From Cyanobacteria bacterium J06626_4 (GTDB lineage Bacteria; Cyanobacteriota; Cyanobacteriia; Phormidesmidales; Phormidesmidaceae): a DNA stretch of 44,686 bases. This document shows, piece after piece, positions 1 to 9,750 of this stretch (the first letter of the stretch is position 1; the number at the start of each line of letters is the position of its first letter). Location: the NCBI GenBank assembly GCA_038523235.1, contig JBCBJQ010000042.1, positions 1 to 44,686 on the forward strand. Reading direction: 5' to 3'. A model generated the notes under the pieces. The model saw nothing but the letters and a program-made list of their open reading frames with translations, was not told where the DNA came from and searched no databases. A program made the position numbers and the translations under genes.

Positions 1-352
1 AAACAACGCTTAAAAGAAAAGCTGAATTTCCTGTGCTATTGAATATATCTCTGGCTTCAAGTTTTCTGGTATTGATCTTTGGTGATTCAATGATTTTTGT
101 TGTTGTTTCGAGGCAGCTTCTCATGGCAAGCGAATAGGGTCTTGGGGCTAGACTAGCGGCTGAAAACTCATGATTTAATGAGGATTCTCCACTAATCAGG
201 CAGAGGCCTTGAGGGACAAAATTCGGCCTGTGGCCAGGTCTGGTGAGATCGAGTCGATCGCGCGATCGCTAGGCTCGATACTGGCGATCGCGTTCTAGCT
301 CCAGCTGCGCTGGATAAGCGTGGATCTTTGACTGGGGACGATCACCGACGCC

Positions 353-384
353 AAAAAGCCCTGGTCGCAATCGCGACCAGGGCT
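353..384 (-). terminator. Rho-independent terminator downstream of prlC
   Basis: Perfect 12-bp stem AGCCCTGGTCGC (357-368) / GCGACCAGGGCT (373-384) with a 4-nt loop. The A-run at 353-357 reads as a U-tail on the minus strand, about 90 bp after the prlC stop. Confidence 0.75.
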
Positions 385-475
385 ATGAGCAATATCAGGA
401 GCCAACTTACCGGCACCAGCCGATCAGAGAGGTTGGTGCACCGGTAGGCATATAGATAGCGAAGGGATTAAGCCC

Positions 476-2557
476 CTAAGCCGCTGGCACTAAGCCGCGA
501 TGACGGAGCAAAGCCTGGGTGCTCGGTTCCCGTCCGCGGAAGGATTTGAACACCTCCATCGGGTGGCGACTGCCGCCTAAGGAAAGCACGGTATCGCGAA
601 ACCGGCGGCCAGTCTCAGCGATCGCGGTGTCGTTTTCTAACCCAGCTTCTTCGAAGGCGGCAAAGGCATCGGCGCTCAACACCTCAGCCCAAAAGTAGCT
701 GTAGTAACCGGCTGCATACCCGCCCGCAAAGATATGCCCAAACGCACAGAGAAATGCATCTTCAGGCAATGGTGGCAAGATCGTGGTGGTTTCAGCCAGA
801 CGATTGCGCACGTCCCAAATGGTCTCGTCACCGCCGGGCTGATAGCGATGATGCAGCTCAATGTCGAGCCAGCCCATGCTCACCTGCCGCAAGATCGCAC
901 TGCCCGTCATAAAGTTGCGGGCGGCCAAAATCTTTTGGAACAGCTCATCGGGGAGTGGTTCTCCCGTTTCATAGTGGCGCGCTAGCTGTAGTAGCGTCTC
1001 CCGGTGATAGCACCAGTTTTCCATAAACTGGCTGGGCAGTTCGACCGCATCCCATTCCACATTGTTGATGCCCGCCGCGCCAGAATAGTCAACCGTCGTC
1101 AGCATATGTTGCAGACCATGACCAAACTCATGGAAGAGCGTCTCGACCTCGCGGAAGTTCATCAGGCTTGGCTTGCCATCAACCGGTGACGACTGGTTAC
1201 ACACCAGGTAAGCTACCGGTAGCCGGATCTGGTCCTTGATCTTGCCGCGATTGACGCAGAAATCCATCCAAGCGCCGCCTCGTTTTTCTGCTGGGCGGCT
1301 GTACGGATCGAGATAGAAGTGGGCGATCGCCTCACCACTTTCACCTTGCACCTGGAAGTACCGCACATCGGGATGCCAGACCGGCGCGTCACCATCAACA
1401 GCGGCGATCGTTACGCCAAACAAGCGGTGCGCCAGCGTGAATAGACCGTCTAGCACCTGCGGCAGTGGAAAGTAAGGGCGCAGCTCTTCATCATTCAGGC
1501 CGTACTGCTCTTCGCGCATCCGTTCGGCCCAAAAAGGCACATCCCACTGCTTGGGTTCTGCTTCAAAGCCGCGATCACGGGCAAAGTCGGTCAGTTCGGC
1601 TAATTCCACCGTCGCGGTCTCGTAGCTGGCGCTGCGCAACTCTTCCATCAGTTGTTCCACAGCCGCCACTGAAGGGGCCATTTTGCGGGCAATGCTTAAT
1701 TCGGCATAGGTGTCGTAGCCCAAAATCTCAGCCATCTGCTGTCGCAGCACCAACGTTCGCTCGATGATGGGTTGGTTATCGAGTTCGCCAGCAGCGGCAC
1801 GGGTCACAAACGCTCGATAGACCTGTTCGCGCAGATCACGGCGACGGCTATGCTGCAAAAAAGGCACATAGCTCGGTGCATCGAGGGTGATCAGCCAGGG
1901 CCCTTGAGTCGCTGTCGCTTCGTCATGACCAGCGGCTTTAGCTGCCTGAGCCGCTTGAGCCAATAGGCTTTGAGGCAGGCCCTCCCGCTCCTCAGCGGTG
2001 GTTAGCTGCAAGCCAAAAGCTTTAGTCGCATCCAGAACATGGTTCGAAAACTGGGTCGAAAGTTCCGCCAATTCTTGCTGAATTTGGTTGAAGGTCGCTT
2101 TGACTTCACCCGTCAACCCCACGCCTGACAACTCGGCATCGCGGATGGCTGCTTCGACAATCCGCTGCTGGGCCGCCGTCAGCTCCTCCCACTGACGGCT
2201 GGCGCGCATCTCTTTAAAGGCCGCATACAGCGGCTGACTCTGCCCTAACCGATTTGAAAATTGCACCAGAGGCGATTGAATCGCTTCATAGGCGGCCCGC
2301 AGTTCAGGACTATTTTTGACCCCCATTAGGTGACCCACGATGCCCCAACTCCAGGTCAGACGCTCTTCGATCTGGGTAAGCGGCTCGACTAACCCTGACC
2401 AAGTCGGCTCAACCATCGTTTCTAGCTGCTCTAGGTCGGCGTTTAAGGCGGCTAAGAGCGCCTCAACTCCCGGCACAATCTGCTCAGGTTGAATCTGATC
2501 AAAGGGCGGCAGCCCTTGACCAATCAGCATGGGATTAATTTGTACAGTTGCACTCAT
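476..2557 (-). CDS. prlC: Oligopeptidase A, M3 family zinc metallopeptidase
   Basis: HExxH motif (FHEFGH), plus VEWDAVELPSQFMENW, KRGGAWM and HIFAGGYAAGYYSY motifs. Start moved to ATG 2557 (MSATVQINP); the ORF is open to 2659. Confidence 0.93.
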   Translation of the reverse strand: MSATVQINPMLIGQGLPPFDQIQPEQIVPGVEALLAALNADLEQLETMVEPTWSGLVEPLTQIEERLTWSWGIVGHLMGVKNSPELRAAYEAIQSPLVQFSNRLGQSQPLYAAFKEMRASRQWEELTAAQQRIVEAAIRDAELSGVGLTGEVKATFNQIQQELAELSTQFSNHVLDATKAFGLQLTTAEEREGLPQSLLAQAAQAAKAAGHDEATATQGPWLITLDAPSYVPFLQHSRRRDLREQVYRAFVTRAAAGELDNQPIIERTLVLRQQMAEILGYDTYAELSIARKMAPSVAAVEQLMEELRSASYETATVELAELTDFARDRGFEAEPKQWDVPFWAERMREEQYGLNDEELRPYFPLPQVLDGLFTLAHRLFGVTIAAVDGDAPVWHPDVRYFQVQGESGEAIAHFYLDPYSRPAEKRGGAWMDFCVNRGKIKDQIRLPVAYLVCNQSSPVDGKPSLMNFREVETLFHEFGHGLQHMLTTVDYSGAAGINNVEWDAVELPSQFMENWCYHRETLLQLARHYETGEPLPDELFQKILAARNFMTGSAILRQVSMGWLDIELHHRYQPGGDETIWDVRNRLAETTTILPPLPEDAFLCAFGHIFAGGYAAGYYSYFWAEVLSADAFAAFEEAGLENDTAIAETGRRFRDTVLSLGGSRHPMEVFKSFRGREPSTQALLRHRGLVPAA

Positions 2558-2827
2558 AGCGTTCTCAAGTAGCGTGGATACGATCAGAAAAAATCGAGAT
2601 GTTTTTAAGCACAATGACCTCAGCCTTGATGCGTTGACGCAGCGGCTCGCCAATGTCATTGCTATATGCTCTCAAGGTGTTTTCACCTTAACTCATGGGT
2701 CTCCGACCCCTAACCAATAGGGGATTATGCTTGCTAAAGCGAATTCGTTATGGGTTTACTTTAGCGCACCTTTACTGCGGTGTGGGCGTTATAAGATGTC
2801 AATACGTTCTTTCACTAATGAGTCTCT

Positions 2828-3304
2828 ATGGTCTTGACTGCCGGTGATACCGCACCACCGTTTGAATTGCCCGATGCTGATGGCCAGAGTGTTCAGCTTG
2901 CTGATTTGCAGGGCAAGTGGGTGGTGCTCTATTTTTACCCCCGTGACAACACGCCAGGCTGCACTAAAGAAGCCTGTGGCTTTAGAGACGCCTATGCGGA
3001 GTATCAGAGTAGTGATGTTGTCGTGTTAGGCGTCAGCACCGATGACGCCAAATCCCACACCAAATTTGCGACGAAGTACGAGTTGCCGTTTCCCCTGTTA
3101 GTTGACGAAGGGGGGGCGATCGCCGAGCAGTACGGCAGCTATGGGCTCAAAAAGTTCATGGGTAAAGAATATATGGGCATTACCCGCAGCACCTTTATCA
3201 TTGCGCCCGATGGCACACTCGCTAAGGTTTATCGCAAGGTTAAGCCCGAACCCCACGCCCAAGAAGTGCTCAAAGATATTGCTGAGCTCGCTGCCGATGC
3301 TTAA
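2828..3304 (+). CDS. bcp: Thioredoxin-dependent peroxiredoxin, BCP/PrxQ type
   Basis: VVLYFYPRDNTPGCTKEAC (PxxxTxxC with CxxxxC), GVSTD and RSTFII motifs; 158 aa. Confidence 0.93.
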   Translation: MVLTAGDTAPPFELPDADGQSVQLADLQGKWVVLYFYPRDNTPGCTKEACGFRDAYAEYQSSDVVVLGVSTDDAKSHTKFATKYELPFPLLVDEGGAIAEQYGSYGLKKFMGKEYMGITRSTFIIAPDGTLAKVYRKVKPEPHAQEVLKDIAELAADA

Positions 3305-3785
3305 CGGGGTATTCAGCGGCCTCATTTGGTTCGAGTCACTGCAGCGGGCCGCCCGAGTTTTGCTGGGCCTTCTGTTGCGGCGTCCAATTCTGGGGGTCTG
3401 TGTGATTCCCATTATGCCCGATGGCCGTGTGGTGCTGATGCAGCGCCGCGACTCTGGGCTTTGGGGGCTACCGGGGGGCTTGATTGACTGGGGTGAGACC
3501 ATCACGGCTTCGGCTCGCCGCGAACTGGTAGAAGAAACGGGTCTGCAAATTTCTCAAATGGGGCGGCTAGTGGGCGTATACTCTTCGCCCGAACGTGACA
3601 GTCGTTTTCATTCAGTCTGCGTTGCGATCGAGGTGTTTGCCACAGGTACACCCTGCATCAACGACCCGGCTGAAGTGCTCGCGGTTAATGCCTTTCACTG
3701 GCAAGAGCTAGCCACGCTCAATCTGGCCCATGATCACGCCCAACATATTGAAGATTATTTAGCTCAGCGAACTGTAGTGGATTGA
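3297..3785 (+). CDS. Nudix hydrolase
   Basis: Nudix box GGLIDWGETITASARRELVEETG. Likely ATG at 3297 overlaps the bcp stop (8-bp overlap). Confidence 0.88.
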   Translation: MLNGVFSGLIWFESLQRAARVLLGLLLRRPILGVCVIPIMPDGRVVLMQRRDSGLWGLPGGLIDWGETITASARRELVEETGLQISQMGRLVGVYSSPERDSRFHSVCVAIEVFATGTPCINDPAEVLAVNAFHWQELATLNLAHDHAQHIEDYLAQRTVVD

Positions 3786-3854
3786 TCGTCCAGCAATTCT
3801 TGTTTTGATTAAGTGAGATTTGTGAGAAGAGTAAATCTAAAATCAGGCTTTACT

Positions 3855-5276
3855 CTACATCCAAGTTGACTTTTTACAACTCCCAAATCGCCATCGCCAG
3901 AATAGGCATGAACTCAGCACCATAGTAAACAACGTGGCGGCAGCCCAGCCGCCGAATACTCCAAACCCGAATTGTGGTAACCCATCAGCCAACCCTTCCC
4001 CTGGAGCGAAAGTCAGGATATGGGTCAACGGTACAAAGCCTAACCAGCTTAAGAAGACAGCAATGAGACTCGGCATTCTGACATCTCCAGTTCCCTGCAG
4101 GCAAAAGGCACTACCAATATTCAATGCATTAAAGGCGTTGTAGGCGACGGCGACCCAGAGTAATGTCTGACTCAGGGCAATGACAGCTGCCACCTGACCA
4201 TCAGTAGTGGTGACGAAGAGCGGTATTAGCCATTGCCCGTTGAGTGCGAGCACAACGTTTGCAGTGACGGCGTAGATAACGCATAGGGCGATCACCACAT
4301 TGCCTAATCGCTGAGCCCAACGACGATTGCCCGCGCCAATTGACTGCCCAACCAGTGTGGTTCCCGCCTGCGCGATACCCAGTGTTGGCATGTAGGCTGT
4401 TGAGGTTAGCATCATGACAACCTGAGTGGCAGCCCCTGGCATAACGCCGAGTTTGACCTGCATGATTTGGAAAAAAGCGATCCCAGTCAAATCAGCAGTC
4501 ATGAGAAACCCGAGTGGAAGACCTGCCGCAAACAGATAGCGAATCGTTGGCCACTGGGGATTCCAAACACGATGAGATTGGAAATCTTGACGAATATTAC
4601 GGCTGAGAAAAACCCAGAGGAAAAGCATCATGCCAGCCATGAGCGAAAGAGTAGTCGCCCATGCTGCCCCGGCCATACCCATGCCTAATTGAAACATCAA
4701 CTCCTCATTCAAAACCACGTTGAGGAGAGCAATGGTGATCGATACCCACAGCGTAATTGTGGTTTTGCCAACGCCATTGAAGAAGGCAGTCAGTCCTAAA
4801 TTGATAATCGCGATTGTTAATCCCAGAAGACGGGGTGTCCAGTAATCGATGGCGAACTGCTCAACGGTTGGGGAGAACTGAAACAGCTTAAGCAACTCGG
4901 CTCCTGAAACAGCCAGCACAACAAACAGTGGGGTGAGCAATAGTGCGCCCCAAAAACCAGTTCCCACTGCTTGGGCGGCCTGGTGAGGCTTACCCTCCCC
5001 ATAAGCTTGAGCCACTAAGGTTTGCACATACATTCCGACTCCGCCAAACAGCACAAATAGTACCAGTATGAGAAAATACAGTGCTCCCATTGCGGCGATC
5101 GCATCCGTTGAGAGGCGTCCGATAAACCAAGAGTCAGTGAGGTTCAGAACCGCTTGCACACCACTACTCAGAAATAATGGCAGGGCAAGCAGCAAGATCT
5201 CTCGATAATCCACACGGCGCTTGCCCCACACGTCAACTTTGGCGGCAGGGAGGAGTGATTCAGTTTGATAAGTCAT
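3855..5276 (-). CDS. MATE family efflux transporter
   Basis: About 12 hydrophobic segments; LNLTDSWFIGRL, LVAQAYG, GMAGAAWAT, LVGQSIGAGN and LQGTGD are MATE motifs in two halves. Confidence 0.9.
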   Translation of the reverse strand: MTYQTESLLPAAKVDVWGKRRVDYREILLLALPLFLSSGVQAVLNLTDSWFIGRLSTDAIAAMGALYFLILVLFVLFGGVGMYVQTLVAQAYGEGKPHQAAQAVGTGFWGALLLTPLFVVLAVSGAELLKLFQFSPTVEQFAIDYWTPRLLGLTIAIINLGLTAFFNGVGKTTITLWVSITIALLNVVLNEELMFQLGMGMAGAAWATTLSLMAGMMLFLWVFLSRNIRQDFQSHRVWNPQWPTIRYLFAAGLPLGFLMTADLTGIAFFQIMQVKLGVMPGAATQVVMMLTSTAYMPTLGIAQAGTTLVGQSIGAGNRRWAQRLGNVVIALCVIYAVTANVVLALNGQWLIPLFVTTTDGQVAAVIALSQTLLWVAVAYNAFNALNIGSAFCLQGTGDVRMPSLIAVFLSWLGFVPLTHILTFAPGEGLADGLPQFGFGVFGGWAAATLFTMVLSSCLFWRWRFGSCKKSTWM

Positions 5277-5301
5277 GGTCAAGCTCGTCTTTTTCCCCGC
5301 A

Positions 5302-5913
5302 CTACCAAGTTGTTATTATTTGCTGAATTAAATCGCGAGCTTGGGCGAGCGATTGCTGACGCACTTCTTCTCCATCATTCAAACCCTCAGCATAAATAAA
5401 CGTGATATCACTCACACCAATAAAGCCAAAAACCGTGCGCAGGTAAGGTTCTTGAAAGTCGTAGCTAACGAGGTCTGTTCCAGCTGCATAACGACTACCT
5501 CGGGTGCTAAGAATCAGCATTTTCTTATGCTTCAACAAACCTTTCCAAGCGGGAGTAAAGGTGCGATTTATACGGACAACCTGATCAATATAGGATTTGA
5601 AATTCGCTGGAATATTGAAGTTATACATGGGTACCCCAAACACGTAGCGATCCGCCTTCAACACCTCATTAATCAGTTCGTCTGAGAGCTGTAAAGCATT
5701 CGCAAGTTCGGAGGATAAAACTTCAGTCTTGCTGAACGCACCGGCGATCCAGGCTTCATCGACAGGAGGGATTGGATGTTTTCCCACATCTCGGTAAGTC
5801 ACCGTATCTTGTGGATGATGCTTCACCCAATGCGAGATAAATTCCTGTGTGAGAGCACGCGAAATTGAACGACTCCCCCGTGGGCTAGAGTCAAGGTGCA
5901 AAATATGTGACAT
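5302..5913 (-). CDS. azoR: FMN-dependent NADH-azoreductase (flavodoxin_2 fold)
   Basis: ILHLDSSPRGSRSISR, VFGVPMYNFNIPANFKSYID, STRG and YLRTVFGFIG motifs. Confidence 0.9.
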   Translation of the reverse strand: MSHILHLDSSPRGSRSISRALTQEFISHWVKHHPQDTVTYRDVGKHPIPPVDEAWIAGAFSKTEVLSSELANALQLSDELINEVLKADRYVFGVPMYNFNIPANFKSYIDQVVRINRTFTPAWKGLLKHKKMLILSTRGSRYAAGTDLVSYDFQEPYLRTVFGFIGVSDITFIYAEGLNDGEEVRQQSLAQARDLIQQIITTW

Positions 5914-6027
5914 GTGCAATTAGGCCCTTGATTAACAATTCAATCGAGAACAAATCAGCAGATAACTAGAGTATGCAGAAGCATAAAACCAGGCATCTTG
6001 CCGTTTTCTCCGATTTTTTGCACATTC

Positions 6028-6963
6028 TCACTGATTATTGATAAAAGCTTTGGGAGTCACACCCACCCACTGCTTAAAGTGGCGATTGAGATGACTTTGG
6101 TGGGCAAATCCTACTTCTAGCGCAATCTCGGCGATCGCGATTTCTCCCTTGAGTAAAAGGCGTTTTGCCCGCTCAACTCGCTGGTGGATCACATACTGAT
6201 GGGGGGTGAGTCCGGTCGATTGCTTAAACAAACGGGTGAAGTAGTTAGGACTCAATTGAGCGATCACCGCCAGTTCTGCCAGGGTCAGGTCTTGGTCAAG
6301 GTGAGTATCTATATGCTCAATAATTTGCCGCAGTCGATAACGGGGCAGCCCTCTGGGTTGAGTGGGCACGCTGGCTTTCTGCGTTGTGTAGTGGCGCAGC
6401 AGATGGGCAAAAAGCGTCGCGCATAGGGTATCAGCATATAATTGCCCTCCCAGATTTCCTGACTCAAGTTCAGCTTTGAGTGATAAACCGATGCCGTGGA
6501 CTAACGGATCCGTAGCAGTAAAATGCGGAATTAGCTCAAATGCATTACTGTCACTAGCCGATCTCGCGGCTTGGAGGAATGTACTCGGCTCAAGACTCAG
6601 AATCAAGTAACGATTTTCGGCATCCCAATTTGCACAGTGAGGGGTATGAGCCGGAATAACCAGAACGCTGCCGACTTGAAAATGATGTTTTTGATATTGG
6701 GTGCCCAACCATTGCTCCACTTGAGTCGCTGCTTCTAAATGAATCAAGACTAAGTGGTGTTGAGAGGTGATCGTCGAAATTTCGTAGGCAGGATGGTGAT
6801 AGTAGCTTAGATGAACTCCACTCCATTGTCCTGGCTGGCTGGAAAGTAATGCTCCTGAAGGCAAGATTTGTATGACTTCACGCTCTTGAGTGAAATCTAT
6901 TGTCAGAGCACGATGAGTTGCTAGTGCTTGAGATCTAGAGAATGACTTCTTCACTACAACCAA
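6028..6963 (-). CDS. AraC family transcriptional regulator
   Basis: C-terminal double HTH (LAELAVIAQLSPNYFTRLFKQSTG...IAEIALEVGFAHQSHLNRHFKQWVGVTP) and a cupin-like N-terminus. Start is uncertain (TTG/GTG; no in-frame ATG). Confidence 0.9.
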   Translation of the reverse strand: MVVVKKSFSRSQALATHRALTIDFTQEREVIQILPSGALLSSQPGQWSGVHLSYYHHPAYEISTITSQHHLVLIHLEAATQVEQWLGTQYQKHHFQVGSVLVIPAHTPHCANWDAENRYLILSLEPSTFLQAARSASDSNAFELIPHFTATDPLVHGIGLSLKAELESGNLGGQLYADTLCATLFAHLLRHYTTQKASVPTQPRGLPRYRLRQIIEHIDTHLDQDLTLAELAVIAQLSPNYFTRLFKQSTGLTPHQYVIHQRVERAKRLLLKGEIAIAEIALEVGFAHQSHLNRHFKQWVGVTPKAFINNQ

Positions 6964-7317
6964 CGCATTTATGGGCTTTTAAATAAAACATAATTGCATT
7001 TCAATTATGCCTCACCCTTATACATCATCGATAGTCTGGGCTAGCAGTCCAACCCTACGTTGGTGCAGACACAGTACGGAGATATCACGGTTCACGGCTT
7101 TACCCGCTATCACTCACCTTCACCGTTAGGGCAGTCCATGTGCACAAGATGCTGAGGAATACCGACTGATAGATTGGCTACCGAAAGCAATGAACACCAG
7201 ATGAACAACAGATCTGAATTCAGAACAAATTTTAAGCTTATTGACCATATAGATAGATTTAACAGATCGCTCCAGTGGGGAAAGCTAAACTCAGGAATAG
7301 GTCATCCAGGTATATCC

Positions 7318-7653
7318 ATGACAACACCAGCCGAATTTAGCTACTGCTGGCGCGATGTCTTAGCTCAGCACTACCGCCTCAGTGAATTCAAAGAGCGACT
7401 GACGCGTCCAGTACAAGCTTGGCTGAACACCTGCGAGTGGACTTTGATTGCAGAAGCGGGCCAGTCTCAGGTGCCGTTATTAGTGCTGCGCGCCCCCGGT
7501 CGCATTCGTCTGCGCGATCCTTTGTTACTTGATCTGGCAGAGAGTGCCCACCACAGTTGGGGGCCAATTGATCTCTCCTTATTTTCTGCCGAGGCCACTG
7601 AACCCGTCCGCGTGCTCAGTCAAACGCTGGTCGATCTCAATCGCCATCAATAA
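7318..7653 (+). CDS. Hypothetical protein (about 111 aa)
   Basis: ORF from ATG 7318 (MTTPAEF) with protein-like composition; converges on the next gene with a 7-bp overlap. Confidence 0.65.
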   Translation: MTTPAEFSYCWRDVLAQHYRLSEFKERLTRPVQAWLNTCEWTLIAEAGQSQVPLLVLRAPGRIRLRDPLLLDLAESAHHSWGPIDLSLFSAEATEPVRVLSQTLVDLNRHQ

Positions 7654-7865
7654 CTCAGCTTTAAAGCGCTCACGGGCACCTCATCCCACGAAGGTACCGA
7701 TCGCATCTGCACTACCCAGCCGGAGGCTTTTTGCTCTGGGGTGAGATTTGCCAAAAAAGATTCATAGCAATCCTTCGCCTGTTGCTCATCCACACAGGCA
7801 ATGCAGGAATATAAAATCCCGCAGGGATCAATTTGCTCGTTTACCCAAATGACTAGCTCAGACAT
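7647..7865 (-). CDS. Small conserved cyanobacterial protein (72 aa, IWVNEQIDP family), function unknown
   Basis: ATG start, IWVNEQIDPxGIxYxCIAC and SWDEVPVxALKL motifs that I recognise from small cyanobacterial proteins; lies downstream of hmpF on the same strand. Confidence 0.75.
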   Translation of the reverse strand: MSELVIWVNEQIDPCGILYSCIACVDEQQAKDCYESFLANLTPEQKASGWVVQMRSVPSWDEVPVSALKLSY

Positions 7866-7989
7866 ATGCGAGTTCAGCGATAACGCCAGCCCTCATCCTC
7901 TCACAGATAGCTGGGGTTGAGGCGGAAGCCCCCAGCGTATGACTGGCTGAAAAGTCAGGCTGAAATGTGAACAGGCGCCATTTGGTAAA

Positions 7990-9750
7990 TTAGGCCGATA
8001 CCGCTTGTGAAGGGTCGCCCGCAGCTAGGGTTGACACTAACTGCTTGACCTCCGCGATCGCCTGCAGTTGATAATCACTGGCTTCTTGCACCTGTGACAA
8101 AGACGCGGTCATATCGTCCAGTTTCTGGCGCATCCCGTCAGCTTTTTCCTGCAGCGGCGCAAGCAGTTCCGTCAGCAGTTGAACGCGGCCATCAATGACT
8201 CCCACCTCGGCCTCTTGAGTCTTGAGGTTGCCATCTTGCTGTTTCAGCTCTTCTCGACCAGTCGTCTGTTCATTAGACTTTTGTTCAATTTCTTGTTTCA
8301 GCGCTTCAATTTGAGCCTGGATTTCTTTGATTTCTGCTTCCGCCTGCTGAAGCGTTTCCGAGGTCTGCTGCCGCGAGCCGTCAATTTGCTTCAAGATCGG
8401 CTCTAAATCAACGACATTGACTGGGGTTTCTTCCGCCGCTAAACCCTGACGGCGACGCAACACCGCTTGATGCTGACTGAGGACCTCCTCTCGTTCTAAA
8501 AGATTACGCCGTTGACCGACCAAGGTTTCATTCAGCATCTGATAGCGATCTTGCTCATCGGTGAGCTCCGCTTCCAGCTGTAAACGATCGAATTCGTTGG
8601 CCTGCTCGATCTTCTGCTGTAGCTCGTCGATCGCCTGCTGTTCTAGCGTCAACTCCTCTTCTTGGTCGTTCACAAACCGTGAAACTTTTTCCAAATCTTT
8701 CTCTAAATCAGAGACCGTCTTCTGCAGCTCTTCCAATGGCAGGGCATCGAGCGCCCCAACATCGACCTTGTTGCTCAGACGCACCTTGTCTGAAGTGTTG
8801 AGCAGCTCATACACCTGCTGATACAGATTACTTTGCGACTGCAGCTGTTGAGATAATCGTTGCACGTTAGCTTGCTTGCTGACTAATAGCTGCTGTTGAA
8901 ATTTCAGATCGGCCCGCCGCGTATTTACAGTCGATTCCGCATCATGCCATTGATGCCAGCGCTCTGTGAGGGCGCCGTGGTCTTGTTGAAGCTGCTGGCG
9001 TCGCTCTTCTAAAAGTCGCTGCTGCTCTTCTAACGATTGCTGGCGCTCAGCCAGTGCCGCCTGCTGCTGATTGACCAAGTCATAGGCTAAATTTAGCTGC
9101 TCGCGCACGCCCTCTGTTGGCGTCACGGCATTGGTCAAACGCTCTAAGGCTTCTTGCAGTTGATTGATCTGGGTTTCGTCCAAGCCGGCTTGTTGAGCTG
9201 CATTTTCTTGGCGCTCGTCAAACCGCCGCACCTCGCCGTTTAAGTGATCCCACGCCCCCTGCAACTCTTCATGCTTGCGGTCAAGATCCTCTTTGATGTT
9301 GTCGAGTTCTTGCTGAGATGACTCGATTTCTTGACGTTGAGCATCCAACTGCTCCAGATCGGCTTCTGCCTGCTCAACCTGTTCTTGACGAGTTTCGAGC
9401 TCGAGCTCGCGGCGGTTCAGTTCTTGACTTTGAAAGGTCAAAGACTGTTTCCACTGATCAATCTCTTCTTCTTGAGATTTAGATTTTTTCGCTTGATTAG
9501 AAAAATTTTGCAAAATGCCGACCAGCGGCCGACCAGCGTCGTAATGACGCTGCACTTGGCGGTTGTTAGACAGTTCTACCATCACCAACGCCCCAGCGTT
9601 GTAGTTGGCATCGTCAGGTGCCGCAATCACTTCTTCGCCAGGGACCCCTGTCCAGGTATCACCTCGTTGACAGGCCAGAAGCTTAAAGTCTGCCTTACCG
9701 CCACCGATGAAGCCACCAGACTTTTTTTGAACCTCAGCCAGATAAAGCAC
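7990..9750 (-). CDS. hmpF: Pilus motility/taxis coiled-coil protein HmpF
   Basis: N-terminus MLYLAEVQKK...KLLACQR, EEIDQWKQSLTFQSQELNRRE motif, long coiled coil, and divergent position from the hmpA-E cluster as in Nostoc punctiforme. GTG start. Confidence 0.9.
   Translation of the reverse strand: MLYLAEVQKKSGGFIGGGKADFKLLACQRGDTWTGVPGEEVIAAPDDANYNAGALVMVELSNNRQVQRHYDAGRPLVGILQNFSNQAKKSKSQEEEIDQWKQSLTFQSQELNRRELELETRQEQVEQAEADLEQLDAQRQEIESSQQELDNIKEDLDRKHEELQGAWDHLNGEVRRFDERQENAAQQAGLDETQINQLQEALERLTNAVTPTEGVREQLNLAYDLVNQQQAALAERQQSLEEQQRLLEERRQQLQQDHGALTERWHQWHDAESTVNTRRADLKFQQQLLVSKQANVQRLSQQLQSQSNLYQQVYELLNTSDKVRLSNKVDVGALDALPLEELQKTVSDLEKDLEKVSRFVNDQEEELTLEQQAIDELQQKIEQANEFDRLQLEAELTDEQDRYQMLNETLVGQRRNLLEREEVLSQHQAVLRRRQGLAAEETPVNVVDLEPILKQIDGSRQQTSETLQQAEAEIKEIQAQIEALKQEIEQKSNEQTTGREELKQQDGNLKTQEAEVGVIDGRVQLLTELLAPLQEKADGMRQKLDDMTASLSQVQEASDYQLQAIAEVKQLVSTLAAGDPSQAVSA

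Noticed and set aside
1..124. Minus-strand ORF from ATG 124 running off the window edge (MRSCLETTTKII...)
   Set aside because: Only 41 codons are visible, with no recognisable motif; it cannot be supported as a gene.
3102..3296. N-terminal extension of the Nudix ORF
   Set aside because: It overlaps bcp in another frame; ATG 3297 gives a normal-sized Nudix protein.
7022..7060. AGCAGTCCAACCCTAC resembling a group II intron 3' end or an IS terminus
   Set aside because: No domain V hairpin, no partner terminus and no RT or transposase fragment nearby.
7191..7207. GAAC-N7-GAAC resembling an alphaproteobacterial LexA box
   Set aside because: The host is cyanobacterial, where LexA recognises a different palindromic box; kept only as a generic direct repeat.
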